In this document: positions 1-8,227 of the stretch, piece after piece
Numbering within the stretch: the stretch's first letter is position 1
Layout of the letters: every line of letters begins with the position of its first letter
Assembly: GCA_015231345.1 (NCBI GenBank)
Contig: JADGBV010000063.1
Location: forward strand, 1-13,709
DNA from: Planctomycetota bacterium
GTDB taxonomy: Bacteria; Planctomycetota; JADGBV01
Direction: 5' to 3'
DNA: 13,709 bases
Translations under genes and position numbers: made by a program
Notes under the pieces: model-generated
What the model was told of the DNA's origin: nothing
Database searches by the model: none
Seen by the model: the letters and a program-made list of their open reading frames with translations, nothing else

Positions 1-2
1 CA

Positions 3-551
3 ACTGTTCTGTATTGGCTTGTCGTCATTATGGGAGCCATAGACATTGACGGCTTAGATATCGATATTGACCTTGATGGCTTGGATGGGATCTCAGGAAC
101 ATTGCTTTCCTTCGTTTATATCAAAGAGCTCCCCTTCACTATTTTCATTTCATGCTGGTCAGCCATATGCTGGTTTTTTGCCATGACATTTACTTATTAT
201 ATTAATCCAGAAAGATCTTTATTTTTGGGTTTATGCGCCCTCCCCGTTATTGTCATTATTGGCATCATTGCTTCACGTTTCATTCTTTACCCCATTCGTC
301 ATTTCTTCGCTAGCTTAAAAGGCGATGAGCATGAAAAGGACAATAATCTCATTGGCAGAATTGCTTCGGTGGAAACTACAACAATCAATTCTACTTTTGG
401 CCGAGTTCAGGTCGAATCAACATCTAGTCCTATTCTTGTCGGCGCAGTCTGCGAAGATGGAACCACTTTAAATAGAGGTGATAAAGTGGTTATCATCGAA
501 TACCAAGAAGATAAAGATAAATTTTTAGTTTCACCTTTTAACGAAAATTAA
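3..551 (+). CDS. NfeD/YqiJ-like inner-membrane protein, flotillin-associated, probably 5'-truncated by the window edge
   Basis: The reading frame stays open from position 3 to the window start, and the ATG at 30 has no SD upstream, so it is likely an internal Met. The translated stretch before it (TVLYWLVVI) looks like the end of a TM helix. There are two hydrophobic TM-like segments (FTIFISCWSAICWFFAMTFTYYI and FLGLCALPVIVIIGIIASRFILYPI). A soluble C-terminal tail (GRIASVE...GRVQVES...GDKVVII) resembles the OB-fold beta-barrel of NfeD proteins. The gene lies 29 bp upstream of a flotillin gene, the classic NfeD-SPFH pairing (yqiJ-yqiK, yuaF-floT). Confidence 0.7.
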   Translation, partial: TVLYWLVVIMGAIDIDGLDIDIDLDGLDGISGTLLSFVYIKELPFTIFISCWSAICWFFAMTFTYYINPERSLFLGLCALPVIVIIGIIASRFILYPIRHFFASLKGDEHEKDNNLIGRIASVETTTINSTFGRVQVESTSSPILVGAVCEDGTTLNRGDKVVIIEYQEDKDKFLVSPFNEN

Positions 552-569
552 GTTTTTTACTCATCATTT

Positions 570-575
570 AAGGAG
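570..575 (+). promoter_or_regulatory. Shine-Dalgarno AAGGAG for the flotillin gene, 5-nt spacer to ATG 581
   Basis: A consensus AAGGAG is read directly from the sequence at the optimal distance from the ATG. Confidence 0.7.
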
Positions 576-580
576 CATAT

Positions 581-2632
581 ATGGATATTCAATTATCCTT
601 AGGGATTCTTGTAGCAATCGGTTTTATCGTATTTATCGGTTTGCTACTCTTCATTTCAAAATGTTATAGAAAAGTTTTACCTGGAACGGCCATGATCCGT
701 AACGGATGGGCTGGGACTCAAGTCTCTTTCACGGGAAAAATTGTATTACCCATTCTTCACAAATTTCAAGTGATGGATATTTCCGTTAAACGTGTAGAAA
801 TCGAAAGAAGTGCCGGAGATGGCCTCATATGTAAAGACAACCTACGAGCTGATATCAAAGTTGTCTTCTTTGTTCGTGTCAACAAAACAGAAAATGATGT
901 TTTGAGAGTTGCAGATATGATTGGTGTCACTCGTGCGAGCACTCGAGAAGCCCTCAATGAACTCTTCGATGCTAAATTTAGTGAATCACTTAAAACTGTC
1001 GGTAAACTCTTTGAGTTTGAACAACTCTATAATGCCCGTCGAGAATTCAAAGAACAAATTGTAGAGCTTATTGGCACTGATCTGAACGGCTATACCTTAG
1101 AAGATGCTTCTATCGATTACTTGGAGCAGACTGATATTCATAGCCTAAAAGACGACAATATTTTAGATTCACAGGGGATCAAGAAGATCACTGAACTCAC
1201 AGCCATTCAACGCATCAAATCCAATCAAATTAGAAATGATGAACGCAAAACAATCACACAGCAGGATGTGGACGCCCGTGAAGCCATTTTAGAAATGGAG
1301 AGACAAAAAGCTGAATCCGAAGAACGCCAACGTCGTGAAGTCGCCAATATTAAGTCACGCGAATCTTCAGATATTGCACGTGTTCAACAAGAAGAGAGAC
1401 AGAAAGCCGAACAGGCTCGTATTATAGCCGAAGAAGAAATTCTCGTTGCCGAAGAAAATAAAATGCGCCAAATCATTGTGGCACAAAAGAACAAAGAACG
1501 CACTGAGGCTATTGAGTCTGAACGAATCGAAAAAGACCGCATGCTGGAAGCAACCGAAAGAGAAAAAACAGTTTCCCTGGCAACCATCGAAAAAGAAAAA
1601 GCTTTGGAAATAGAAAAACGAAATATTCAAGATACCATCAGAGAACGAATCATGGTCGAAAAATCTGTGGTTGAAGAAGAAGAACGAATCAAAGATACTC
1701 GCGAGTTAGCCGAAGCCGAGCGAGCCAAAGCTGTTACACTCACTGAAGCAGAACGTGACGCAGAAGAAGAAGCTCTAAAAAGAACCAAGGAAGCTGAGGT
1801 GGCCAAGAAAGCTGCTGAACTCAAAGCTGAACAAGATCTTGTCACCCACGTAAAAGCAGCTGAAGCCGAAAGGAAAGCTGCCGAACTTCAAGCTGAACAG
1901 AGAGTCATTGAAGCAGAAAGCCTTCAAAGTGCAGCCATCAAAAAAGCTGAAGCCAAGAAAGTTATGGCTGATGCAACGGCTGCGGAAGAAGCTGCATCTG
2001 GCCTAGCAGAAGCACAAGTCATTTCTGTTAAGTCAGACGCACTTAAAAAGCAAGGAGAAGTAGAGGCCGATATTATGCTACGTAAGTCCACGGCTGAAGC
2101 AGAAGGCATCTCGAAGAAAGCAAGCTCCATGAAAGAGCTAGATGGCGTAGGTAAAGAGCATGAAGAATTCAAACTTCGTCTCAATAAAGACAGAGACTTA
2201 CAACTCGCATCTATCAATATGAACAAAGATGTGGCCATCGCCCAATCTAGTATCGTCGCCGAAGCCCTTAAAACTGCCAACATAGACATCGTTGGAGGAG
2301 AAACTCAATTTTTCAATAATGTTATTGGTGCCATTACAGAAGCACGTTCCGTCGACCGCCTAGTCAAAGGGTCTGAAGTTCTCTCAGAGGTCAAAGACAC
2401 ATTCTTCCAAGGCAATGACCCAGAATTCTTCAAAACGCAGTTGAGATCATTCATCGACAATATGGGAGTATCCATTGATGACATGAAGAACATTCAACTA
2501 TCAACTCTCTTTTCAAGGCTTTCTAGTCAAATGAAAGACGATAAATCTACGAGCAAACTCAACTCTCTCAAAGAGGTCGCTGGAAAAGCTGGTCTGCTTA
2601 GTGAAAAAATCAGTTCACTCTTGGGAGTGTAA
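581..2632 (+). CDS. Flotillin-like SPFH/band-7 domain protein (YqiK/FloT family) with extended charged coiled-coil region
   Basis: An N-terminal TM anchor (LSLGILVAIGFIVFIGLLLFIS) is followed by an SPFH-like core (MIRNGWAGTQVSFTGKIVLPILHKFQVMDISVKRVEIE...DNLRADIKVVFFVRV) that matches flotillin/YqiK N-terminal conservation. Amino acids ~235-480 form a very long E/R/K/A/Q-rich heptad-like stretch typical of the flotillin domain. The gene has a strong SD and sits immediately downstream of an NfeD-like gene. Confidence 0.9.
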   Translation: MDIQLSLGILVAIGFIVFIGLLLFISKCYRKVLPGTAMIRNGWAGTQVSFTGKIVLPILHKFQVMDISVKRVEIERSAGDGLICKDNLRADIKVVFFVRVNKTENDVLRVADMIGVTRASTREALNELFDAKFSESLKTVGKLFEFEQLYNARREFKEQIVELIGTDLNGYTLEDASIDYLEQTDIHSLKDDNILDSQGIKKITELTAIQRIKSNQIRNDERKTITQQDVDAREAILEMERQKAESEERQRREVANIKSRESSDIARVQQEERQKAEQARIIAEEEILVAEENKMRQIIVAQKNKERTEAIESERIEKDRMLEATEREKTVSLATIEKEKALEIEKRNIQDTIRERIMVEKSVVEEEERIKDTRELAEAERAKAVTLTEAERDAEEEALKRTKEAEVAKKAAELKAEQDLVTHVKAAEAERKAAELQAEQRVIEAESLQSAAIKKAEAKKVMADATAAEEAASGLAEAQVISVKSDALKKQGEVEADIMLRKSTAEAEGISKKASSMKELDGVGKEHEEFKLRLNKDRDLQLASINMNKDVAIAQSSIVAEALKTANIDIVGGETQFFNNVIGAITEARSVDRLVKGSEVLSEVKDTFFQGNDPEFFKTQLRSFIDNMGVSIDDMKNIQLSTLFSRLSSQMKDDKSTSKLNSLKEVAGKAGLLSEKISSLLGV

Positions 2633-2665
2633 TTAAACACTAAGATCCAACTCTTTATTATCAAT

Positions 2666-2697
2666 GTGCGGGGTTAGAGGAAGTTCCTCTCCCGCAC
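2666..2697 (+). promoter_or_regulatory. Intercistronic GC-rich RNA hairpin (13 bp stem with 3-nt bulge, triloop) between flotillin and giant ATPase genes; no U-tract
   Basis: GTGCGGG(2666-2672) pairs with CCCGCAC(2691-2697), and AGAGGA(2676-2681) pairs with TCCTCT(2685-2690), leaving loop AGT. The downstream sequence tcactcagtaatacgg has no T-run, so this is not a canonical intrinsic terminator. Confidence 0.4.
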
Positions 2698-2724
2698 TCA
2701 CTCAGTAATACGGAAATAGACTAA

Positions 2725-5700
2725 ATGGCTGAAGAAAATAGCACATCTCAATTAGAAGGCGGTAGTTACGAAATCCTCAAAAATCGCCTTAATAATGCCT
2801 CTGGCGATCTCAATACGCGCATCGAGAATTTAAATCAGAGGCGCAAGAAACTCTTTGGAGCGATTGAATTTGAGCTTGCCAACACAGGGCGAGTCACAAC
2901 GAAGCATAACTGCACACCTAGGGATATGGTGCCCATCAACTCCCATTTTATCTTCGGCTATAATGTGCACATAGGCCTCAAAACCACAACTGAACTTGAG
3001 GATGTTTTCGGTGTTTATCGTTATGAAAATGATTCTTTTCATGAAGAGTCCCTTGAGTTACTAGGCAACGAAAAATTCCTCAAAGACTTTGCCGATTTAT
3101 ATAAATTCTACCGTCACACCACCTTCTCTCGCTTTGCCATACGTGGCCCTCACCTCTTCATGATTTTTCGAACCGGAAAGAAAGCAGAAGACATCAAAGC
3201 TTTTAAATGGCTCATCTCGGAAGATAAATTAAGCTACATAGGTAACCGTAGTGAAAACGAATATTCATTCCCTGACCAGCATACATTCCAGTGGGAAAGA
3301 ACGGGGCGTGACGACCAGCGAGGTGGCGCATTCCCTCATATATCCATTAAGGACAAAATATTTGTAGAAACAGTCGGGGGTGACCTTACCATAAAAATTG
3401 AAGACAACACAGATTCTGGTCAAGGCATCTATGCCGAGCCCGTAGAATATGAAGATCAAACTCTTGATGATGCTGAAATATACTTCGCAACAATTGGCAC
3501 GATCATCTTATTAAAAATACGGCCCTACCAAGAAAAGGACTACCGCTATATTGCCTATTGCGAGAAAGTATCCCAAGCCTGGAGAATCGACAGCCTAGAA
3601 GAGTCGTGCATTCTTCTCCCTGAAGATCAAGGAATCGTCTTCCCTGGTGGCTGTCTCTTACAAAGCGGAGCCATCAAAACTTTCGAACATTCCACTGATG
3701 GCATGCGCCTCGATGAATGCATCCGTTCACCCAATGGTGAAGATTACCTATATGTCTATTACGAATATCAGCAAGGAAACTACCTACTGCTACCCTATAA
3801 TATCGTAGACCAACAAATGGATTCTCCCATCAACTGCCATGGTTTCTCATTATTTGATGATGGTAAGTTGGCACTATTCTCCAGCGAAGACAGACCTGGG
3901 AAACAACATATTCTGCAACTTTGGCAAACTCCATTTACCGCCAAAGAAAGAGATGTCACCTTAGATAGCCAAGATAACAGCGACATCTACTTAAGTAAAT
4001 TAGGCAATAAAGACATCGTAAAAACTCTTGCTGAATGCAAAGAAATCATCTTACTCGCTGCCAAAGATGAGTCTTATATGGGACTCTATCATGAAATTGC
4101 ACAAAACGCTGAGCGCTTACTTGAGCATTGCTTTTGGTTAGAGAGAGAAGAAGTCGGAAAAATCAATGAACCTCTGATTGCCATTCGTGAGGTTGCTCTC
4201 GCAGCCATGGATGAATACGAGAAAGTTCGCCAAGTTAAAGAACAAACCAAGCAAAGTTTCAAAAACGTTGAAAACGAACTTAAACTTCTCTGTGCTGAAG
4301 TTGACTCAGCAGCTTATACGCAACTAGAAGATTACGTCAGTAAATTATCACAGTTAAGGACATTCAAAGGGTCTGTCATTGTACTGAAAGATTTAAAGTA
4401 TGCTGACATCGAAAAAGTCACACAGTTTGAAGAAAAACTCAACGAAAGATCAAGCCGACTTTCAAACGGTTGTATTAATCTCCTTCAAGAAGACTCTGCC
4501 CTAGCCATATATGAAGAACAAATTAAAGGTTTAGAAGAGCAAGTCTCGCAAATCACATCAAGTAGCCAAGCCAAAGAACTTGAAGATCAACTCAAAGGCA
4601 ATGCCGAAAACCTTGAACTCTTAACTGAGTTAGTGGGTAGCCTCAAAATAGACGATCCAAATCAGTCGACTATCATAATGGAAAAACTCTCAGCCATCTT
4701 TGCTTTACTTAATCAAGTTAAAGCACACCTTAAAAATCGTTATGATGAAATAGGTCAAAAGGAAGGCGAAGCAGAATTCGCTGCTCAAATGAACCTCATT
4801 GACCAAAGCCTATCATCAGCCATAGAACGAGCCGACTCCCCAGAGAAATGTGATGAATCATTATCTCGAACGATGGTCAAACTAGAAGAATTAGAAGGTC
4901 GTTTTGGCGACTTTGATGTTTTCATAGAGAAACTAGCAGATAAACGCGATGCCATCTACAGTGCCTTCGAATCACGAAAATTAATTCTACAGGAAAAAAG
5001 ACAAAAAAAGATTCAGGCCCTCACGTCAGCCTCAGAAAGAATCCTGACCAGCGTACAATCCCGCTTAAGCCGATCCGAAAATATAGAAGCAATCCATAGC
5101 ACATTCTCAGCTGATATCATGGTGGATAAAGCTCGAGACCTCGCCGAGCAACTACGAGCTCTAGGGAATGTTGTTAAAGCCGATGAAATCGAAGGAAAAC
5201 TGAAAAGCTCTAAAGAACAAGCCATACGTCACCTTAGAGACCAACTTGAGCTTTCTGGAGAAGGAGAAGACTCTATTCGCCTGGGCCGCCATTCATTCAG
5301 CGTCAACCGGCAAGCTCTAGAGTTGAGTTTAGTGATGCATAACGATCACCCACACTTTCACCTTTCTGGGACTGACTATTTCGAGAAGGTCCAACACGAA
5401 GAACTGGAAGCCACAAGAGCCGTCTGGAGTCAAGAGATCGTTTCAGAAAACCAGCACGTTTACCGAGCTGAATACTTAGCCTACCAATTCACCAAAGACT
5501 ACCAAAACAACGACACAGCAATCCACGATTTAGCAGAAGAGACTCTAAGCGAAGAAATCGCCAAGTATATCTCTTCCCGTCATGATGAAGGCTATGTCAA
5601 AGGTGTCCACGATAAAGATGCTGCACTCATAAGTCAATCTTACTCTCGCATTAAACACAAACTCGGCCCTCTTTCGGGCACTCCTTCAGAGCGTGCCTTA

Positions 5701-7881
5701 GCCAGGGTGTGGCTAGCAGCAAATAAGGGCAGCACAAACTATAAGAAAATTCAAGAAACATCTTTAAGCTACCATAAACTCCAAGCCACCTACCCCGGTA
5801 GTGAAGGCGGGCAAAATTTAAGAAAAAGATTACAAGCCGATTTACAGCATTACTTAGAAAATCTTGATCTATTCAGTCACCTAGAAATACCTGGAGCAAG
5901 CGAATACATCATATACCTTCTAGGCAGTGGAGGCAAAGAGCACATGACCTTAGAAACTCAGAGATTACTAAAAAATCTCGTGCGCCAAATAGACCTTAAG
6001 GGAGAATTTAAAATCCCCATTCAAAGCAATCCAGAAATAGCCTACCCAGCCATCAAAGATTGGGCACGAGCTTTGGTCATCAGTGAATATGGCAAAGTCC
6101 CTGCAGGAGGTGTCATCGAAGAAATTGCCTCCTTAGCTTTAAGTGGTCAACACGATAACGCAAAAACACTAGATACCAAAACATCTTTGCTCATTGAAGG
6201 CATGAGAGGCGCACATACTCGTTTAAAAGAGAGCAGTCTTACCTTTGAGTACTCCAATTTCATTCAACGTATGCATCTCTTTACTCAAGAAACTGTTCCT
6301 GCATATCGGAGCTATGAGTTAGCGAAAAAGAATGTTCTCAATAGCAAACGTTCCCAACTGCGCCTTGATGAATTCAAACCCAGAATCCTCAGCTCATTTG
6401 TGCGTAATCGTCTTATCGACGAAGTTTATTTGCCCATTATTGGCGATAACCTCGCTAAACAAATGGGAAGCCTCGGCGCTACCAAACGCACTGACCTCAT
6501 GGGACTCCTGCTCCTTATATCTCCACCAGGTTATGGAAAAACGACCCTGATGGAATATGTCGCTGACCGATTAGGCTTAACTTTCGTTAAAATTAACGGC
6601 CCAGCCATCGGGCACCGAGTGCTTAGCCTTGACCCTGCAGAGGCCCCCAATGCAAGTTCACGAGAAGAGATTAACAAATTAAATTTAAGTTTGGAGATGG
6701 GTAATAATGTCATGATCTACCTTGATGATATCCAACATGTCAACCCAGAATTTTTGCAAAAATTCATCTCTCTTTGCGATGGCCAGCGCCGCATTGAAGG
6801 TGTATATCAAGGTAAACCCAGAACCTATGACCTCCGTGGCAAGAAAGTAGCCGTTGTTATGGCAGGGAATCCCTATACAGAAAGCGGAACTCGCTTTCAA
6901 GTTCCAGATATGCTATCCAATCGTGCCGACACTTATAACCTAGGGGATATTCTCAGTGGGCACGGCAATGCTTTTGAAGTCAGCTACTTAGAGAATGCAC
7001 TCACCTCCTCTCCTTTTCTTTCTCCTTTGGGACAACGCTCCAGAAAAGATATTCACGCCTTTATCAAAGCAGCTGAAACTGATTCAACAGAGCATATGGA
7101 GCTGGAAGGAAGCTACAGCAATCAAGAAATGCAAGAAATCCTGAGTGTCTTAAAGCACCTTCTGGTGATTCGAGATGTGATTCTTAAGGTCAACCAAAGA
7201 TATATCATATCCGCAGGCCAAGATGACCGTGACCGCACAGAGCCTCCTTTTAAATTGCAGGGCTCTTACCGTAACATGAATCGCATGGTAGAAAAGGTAC
7301 AAGCCATCATGAATGAAACAGAAGTGCGCAATATTATTTTGGATCATTACGTAAACGAATCACAAACCCTCACAGCTGGAGCAGAAGCCAATATATTAAG
7401 CTTCAAGGCTCTCATGAACTGGCTTGACGATAATGAAAAGCAACGCTATGAGCATGTACTTGATTCCTTTCGCCAACAAACGAATATGCTGAATATTGAC
7501 GATAACGACCCTCTAGCACCTGTTCTTGCCCAACTTAGTACTCTTAATGGCACCATCTCATCCATAGGCAAGAATCTCACTCTTCCTCAAGATAAACAAG
7601 ATATTTCCTTCGACGTTGAGGCTTTCAGTCAAGCTCTTCAAGAAAGCCTAAGTCCACTCAAGAATCAAGAAATAAAAGTGGTCAATAAAATCCCATCAGT
7701 TGTCACAGGTGTCTTGAAGAATCAATTAAAGCTTATTGAAAATTGGATGAAACCCTTACTCAAAGCTCAACTCACACAATCCAAAGACCTGGGCGAACTT
7801 CGCGATTCACTTGCGACGACTCATAGAAGCTATATGGATCTAGTTAGTTCCATTAACACTAAAGACAAAAAAACAAAATAG
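2725..7881 (+). CDS. Giant (1718 aa) multidomain protein: N-terminal ~420-aa unclassified domain, long central coiled-coil/alpha-helical region, C-terminal MoxR/AAA_5-type AAA+ ATPase module and ~300-aa C-terminal helical tail
   Basis: A single uninterrupted 5.16-kb ORF in the same orientation as the upstream genes. Walker A is PPGYGKTT at 6523-6546 and Walker B is IYLDD at 6715-6729. The MoxR/AAA_5 signature VAVVMAGNPYTESGTRFQVPDMLSNRADTY aligns by eye to [22 protein letters not shown]. I see no hydrophobic TM segments. A heptad-like charged region spans aa ~430-1000. Confidence 0.9.
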   Translation: MAEENSTSQLEGGSYEILKNRLNNASGDLNTRIENLNQRRKKLFGAIEFELANTGRVTTKHNCTPRDMVPINSHFIFGYNVHIGLKTTTELEDVFGVYRYENDSFHEESLELLGNEKFLKDFADLYKFYRHTTFSRFAIRGPHLFMIFRTGKKAEDIKAFKWLISEDKLSYIGNRSENEYSFPDQHTFQWERTGRDDQRGGAFPHISIKDKIFVETVGGDLTIKIEDNTDSGQGIYAEPVEYEDQTLDDAEIYFATIGTIILLKIRPYQEKDYRYIAYCEKVSQAWRIDSLEESCILLPEDQGIVFPGGCLLQSGAIKTFEHSTDGMRLDECIRSPNGEDYLYVYYEYQQGNYLLLPYNIVDQQMDSPINCHGFSLFDDGKLALFSSEDRPGKQHILQLWQTPFTAKERDVTLDSQDNSDIYLSKLGNKDIVKTLAECKEIILLAAKDESYMGLYHEIAQNAERLLEHCFWLEREEVGKINEPLIAIREVALAAMDEYEKVRQVKEQTKQSFKNVENELKLLCAEVDSAAYTQLEDYVSKLSQLRTFKGSVIVLKDLKYADIEKVTQFEEKLNERSSRLSNGCINLLQEDSALAIYEEQIKGLEEQVSQITSSSQAKELEDQLKGNAENLELLTELVGSLKIDDPNQSTIIMEKLSAIFALLNQVKAHLKNRYDEIGQKEGEAEFAAQMNLIDQSLSSAIERADSPEKCDESLSRTMVKLEELEGRFGDFDVFIEKLADKRDAIYSAFESRKLILQEKRQKKIQALTSASERILTSVQSRLSRSENIEAIHSTFSADIMVDKARDLAEQLRALGNVVKADEIEGKLKSSKEQAIRHLRDQLELSGEGEDSIRLGRHSFSVNRQALELSLVMHNDHPHFHLSGTDYFEKVQHEELEATRAVWSQEIVSENQHVYRAEYLAYQFTKDYQNNDTAIHDLAEETLSEEIAKYISSRHDEGYVKGVHDKDAALISQSYSRIKHKLGPLSGTPSERALARVWLAANKGSTNYKKIQETSLSYHKLQATYPGSEGGQNLRKRLQADLQHYLENLDLFSHLEIPGASEYIIYLLGSGGKEHMTLETQRLLKNLVRQIDLKGEFKIPIQSNPEIAYPAIKDWARALVISEYGKVPAGGVIEEIASLALSGQHDNAKTLDTKTSLLIEGMRGAHTRLKESSLTFEYSNFIQRMHLFTQETVPAYRSYELAKKNVLNSKRSQLRLDEFKPRILSSFVRNRLIDEVYLPIIGDNLAKQMGSLGATKRTDLMGLLLLISPPGYGKTTLMEYVADRLGLTFVKINGPAIGHRVLSLDPAEAPNASSREEINKLNLSLEMGNNVMIYLDDIQHVNPEFLQKFISLCDGQRRIEGVYQGKPRTYDLRGKKVAVVMAGNPYTESGTRFQVPDMLSNRADTYNLGDILSGHGNAFEVSYLENALTSSPFLSPLGQRSRKDIHAFIKAAETDSTEHMELEGSYSNQEMQEILSVLKHLLVIRDVILKVNQRYIISAGQDDRDRTEPPFKLQGSYRNMNRMVEKVQAIMNETEVRNIILDHYVNESQTLTAGAEANILSFKALMNWLDDNEKQRYEHVLDSFRQQTNMLNIDDNDPLAPVLAQLSTLNGTISSIGKNLTLPQDKQDISFDVEAFSQALQESLSPLKNQEIKVVNKIPSVVTGVLKNQLKLIENWMKPLLKAQLTQSKDLGELRDSLATTHRSYMDLVSSINTKDKKTK
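6442..6984 (+). other. AAA+ (MoxR/AAA_5-like) ATPase module inside the giant ORF (approximate domain bounds)
   Basis: P-loop GYGKTT, Walker B hhhhDD (LDDIQH; the second acidic residue is Asp rather than the usual Glu), and the sensor/arginine region NPxxExGTxxxxPDxxxxR, all read from the translation. Confidence 0.7.
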
Positions 7882-7903
7882 CTTATGAGTGCAATATGAT
7901 AGC

Positions 7904-7960
7904 CCCCATTTAAGCCATGGGGACGTCCATTTCATTCTCCTTTTCTTTTCTCTTTATATC
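7904..7960 (+). terminator. Weak candidate terminator after giant gene: CCCCAT/ATGGGG 6-bp stem (loop TTAAGCC) followed ~10 nt later by a T-rich tract
   Basis: The inverted repeat at 7904-7909 and 7917-7922 is read directly. The T-rich run ttcattctccttttcttttctcttt is not immediately adjacent to the stem, so this is a weak call. Confidence 0.25.
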
Positions 7961-8151
7961 TTTAGCGACTACCGGCGCAGCAACAAGCATGGCGACATTT
8001 ATTAGGAATTTCTTTATTTTGTAATACAAATTATTGAAGCCTGGAAATCTAAAGTGCTGAAAAACAACCATTCACGACGAACACACCACAACTATTCTAA
8101 TCCAGCGACACCTTCTGCCTGCCAATATATGAATCGAAAAATTTAAATTTC

Positions 8152-8179
8152 TTGAATTCGTCTACATTATTGTATATTA
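8152..8179 (+). promoter_or_regulatory. Candidate sigma70-type promoter for LamG gene: TTGAAT(8152-8157)-16 nt-TATATT(8174-8179), with TG immediately upstream of the -10
   Basis: Hexamers read from the sequence. Spacing and position (~50 nt upstream of the start codon) are appropriate. Not verified. Confidence 0.3.
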
Positions 8180-8217
8180 TTCGCTACTAAAGATTGCAGC
8201 TGGCAAAACATCATTTT

Positions 8218-8222
8218 GGAGG
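8218..8222 (+). promoter_or_regulatory. Shine-Dalgarno GGAGG 5 nt upstream of TTG start codon of LamG gene
   Basis: GGAGG-aataa-TTG. The in-frame TAA at 8225-8227 excludes any upstream start. The TTG start is needed to include the signal peptide. Confidence 0.6.
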
Positions 8223-8227
8223 AATAA

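Noticed and set aside
766-2493. Six minus-strand ORFs (766-957, 1367-1630, 1384-1587, 1627-1845, 1924-2289, 2305-2493) inside the flotillin gene
   Set aside because: They are antisense to a well-supported CDS. Their Ser/Phe/Ala-rich translations are the mirror image of the GAA/GCT-rich sense strand. They have no SD and no independent support.
2830-7347. Short minus-strand and off-frame ORFs (2830-3042, 3265-3459, 3795-3986, 5013-5225, 6332-6550 on the plus strand in another frame, 6531-6713, 6685-6900, 7150-7347) nested in the giant ORF
   Set aside because: All are 60-72 aa and embedded in a continuous 5.2-kb ORF whose AAA+ motifs sit exactly in frame. They are chance ORFs.
7910-7990. Possible 26-aa minus-strand mini-ORF in the intergenic region after the giant gene
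   Set aside because: It is too short, has no SD, and has a low-complexity K/E-rich translation.
7882-8227. Checked the 346-bp intergenic region for tRNA/sRNA-like structure or CRISPR-type repeats
   Set aside because: There is no cloverleaf-compatible arrangement and no direct repeat array. I found only a weak hairpin and a promoter-like signal. An sRNA cannot be excluded but is not supported.
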